Shown here: piece after piece, positions 56,767-58,096 of the stretch
Layout: each line of letters starts with the position of its first letter
How positions within the stretch are numbered: the stretch's first letter is position 1
Assembly (NCBI GenBank): GCA_016198905.1
Contig: JACQHR010000003.1
Span: 1-58,096 of the forward strand
Direction: 5' to 3'
Length of the DNA stretch: 58,096 bases
DNA from: Candidatus Omnitrophota bacterium
GTDB taxonomy: Bacteria; Omnitrophota; Gorgyraeia; Aquiviventales; Aquiviventaceae
Notes under the pieces: generated by a model
The model's input: only the letters and a program-made list of their open reading frames with translations
Databases searched by the model: none
Told to the model about the DNA's origin: nothing
Position numbers and translations under genes: made by a program

Positions 56767-57951
56767 ATGACTCCTCACACGGCGAAGGGCCGATCTTCAC
56801 TCGTTGTCATTTTTATTACCGTCTTTATCGACCTCGTGGGATTTGGGATTGTCATTCCCGTGCTGCCGTTGTATGCGGAGCGCTTCGGCGCCTCGGCGCT
56901 CACGATCGGTTTGCTGCTTGGTGTGTATTCCGCGATGCAGTTTCTTTTTGCGCCCCTCCTGGGCAAGCTCTCGGATCGTATCGGGCGTCGGCCGGTCCTC
57001 CTCGTGAGCATCATTGGCACGTCTCTTGGCTTCCTCTTAATGGGATGTGCGCACACGCTCTGGCTGCTCTTCGTGGCGCGCATCATCGATGGCATCACCG
57101 GCGGCAACATCTCGACCGCGCAAGCGTACATCGCCGACGTGACCCCGCCTGAGCAGCGCTCGCGGGGGATGGGGCTCATCGGTGCCGCGTTTGGTTTGGG
57201 ATTCATCTTTGGTCCGGCGATTGGCGGCCTCCTCAGCCACTTCTCGTTGTCCGCGCCGTTTCTCTTTGCGGCAGGACTTGCCGCCTGCAACGCCACCGCG
57301 CTGTACTTCTTCCTTCCCGAAAGTCTCACGGCCGAGCATCGACGTGAAGCGCACCGTGACACCTCGATTACCGAAGTGTTCCGTGAAGCTAAGGGGTCCT
57401 CACTGCCGGTCGTGTTGGCGACGTATTTTTTTACGACGGTCGCGTTTTCATTGCTGACGGCCACCTACGCCCTCTTTACCGAAAAGCGGTTTGGCTTAAG
57501 CCCCACGCACATCGGCTACATCTTTGCCGGGCAAGGCGTTGTGGGGGCCATCATCCAAGGCGGCTTCATGGGCTGGCTCGTGCGGATCTTCAAGGATAAG
57601 ACGCTGACGCTCATGGGGACGGTCGTGCTCGCCGCCGGCCTCTTTCTCTTGCCGATGAGCGCGACGCTGGCCACGCTGCTGATCGCAACGGCGGGCATTG
57701 CGATTGGGCACAGCCTCACCGCGGCTCCGCTGAATGGATTGGCCTCCAAGGACGTGCACGCGTCTTCGCAAGGGCGCGTCCTCGGGCTCATGCAGGCCTC
57801 GGCCAGCCTGGCGCGCATGGTCGGGCCGGTGCTCGGCGGAGCACTGCTCCATTACGACGCCCTCTCGTTGACGGCGTCATTTGGGCGCACACCCTATTGG
57901 GTGGGCGGCGGGATCATGATGATCGCAGTGCTGTGCGCCGCAGCACTCTAA
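56767..57951 (+). CDS. MFS transporter (TCR/Tet-like family)
   Basis: 12-TM profile and motif A GKLSDRIGRRPVLL. Confidence 0.85.
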   Translation: MTPHTAKGRSSLVVIFITVFIDLVGFGIVIPVLPLYAERFGASALTIGLLLGVYSAMQFLFAPLLGKLSDRIGRRPVLLVSIIGTSLGFLLMGCAHTLWLLFVARIIDGITGGNISTAQAYIADVTPPEQRSRGMGLIGAAFGLGFIFGPAIGGLLSHFSLSAPFLFAAGLAACNATALYFFLPESLTAEHRREAHRDTSITEVFREAKGSSLPVVLATYFFTTVAFSLLTATYALFTEKRFGLSPTHIGYIFAGQGVVGAIIQGGFMGWLVRIFKDKTLTLMGTVVLAAGLFLLPMSATLATLLIATAGIAIGHSLTAAPLNGLASKDVHASSQGRVLGLMQASASLARMVGPVLGGALLHYDALSLTASFGRTPYWVGGGIMMIAVLCAAAL

Positions 57952-57972
57952 GAAAAATTCTAAGAAAAATTC
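57949..57972 (+). repeat. 12-nt tandem duplication TAAGAAAAATTC x2 at the MFS stop
   Basis: Read directly. The sequence becomes AT-richer from here to the window end. Confidence 0.8.
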
Positions 57973-58096
57973 TCACATGCACTGATTACACACATAGGTA
58001 ACACTTTTTTATGACTCCAATTGGGCGAGTTTCCACCCGTAGATCCCCCGGTAGCAGCGGCTATCCCGGAACACGGGCCGCTCGGGTCCATAGCGA

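Noticed and set aside
57958-58096. Short minus-strand ORF at the right edge (…MDPSGPCSGIAAATGGSTGGNSPNWSHKKVLPMCVISACENFS*).
   Set aside because: About 45 codons, no recognisable family, low-complexity composition, and it may continue beyond the window. There is insufficient evidence to call a gene.

Overview
GC-rich bacterial chromosomal window. Apart from a 34-codon fragment at the left edge, every gene I can support (about 58 CDS and 2 tRNAs) lies on the + strand. Most genes are tightly packed, and many share ATGA / TGATG / TAATG stop-start overlaps.

Gene content is almost entirely housekeeping:
- alaS; hisD-hisB-hisH-hisA and a truncated hisF; a 3' fragment of gatA plus gatB; ctpA; tsaD; mgtC.
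- A bactofilin-HTH fusion and an HTH membrane protein; larB and a cupin.
- Two GspE/PilB-type ATPases, two pseudopilins and a TPR protein.
- polA; coaE; rho; rpmE-prfA-prmC-murA; rpsP-trmD-rplS-rnhB-yraN.
- A one-carbon / glycine-cleavage cluster (FTCD_C cyclohydrolase-like, folD, metF, gcvT, gcvH, gcvPA, gcvPB, lipoyl-ligase-like), followed by a split metE pair and panB.
- Tetrapyrrole genes: sirC, hemC, cobA-hemD, hemB, hemL.
- rex-ubiE-polyprenyl synthase-Rieske-cytochrome b-pentahaem c; mnmA-larE; an MFS transporter.

I found no transposase, integrase, CRISPR/cas or recognisable defence genes.

The unusual part is a dense non-genic layer:
1. Many arrays of tandem 7-nt units (STRR-like). 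They are usually arranged as two complementary arms forming long hairpins between consecutive genes.
2. The same cassettes sit in frame inside conserved enzymes (hisH, tsaD, hemB), form C-terminal tails or N-terminal leaders, and lie exactly at a hisF/gatA junction where both genes are truncated.
3. A second family of about 110-nt long-hairpin elements has a conserved core and CGATAGT loop but copy-specific closing stems.
4. A textbook promoter carries a Rex-type operator in front of the one-carbon/glycine cluster, and rex is encoded in the same window.
5. A lower-GC islet surrounds tRNA-Arg.

All calls come from reading the sequence and the supplied ORF translations. No database search or folding program was run, and I cannot assign a taxon.
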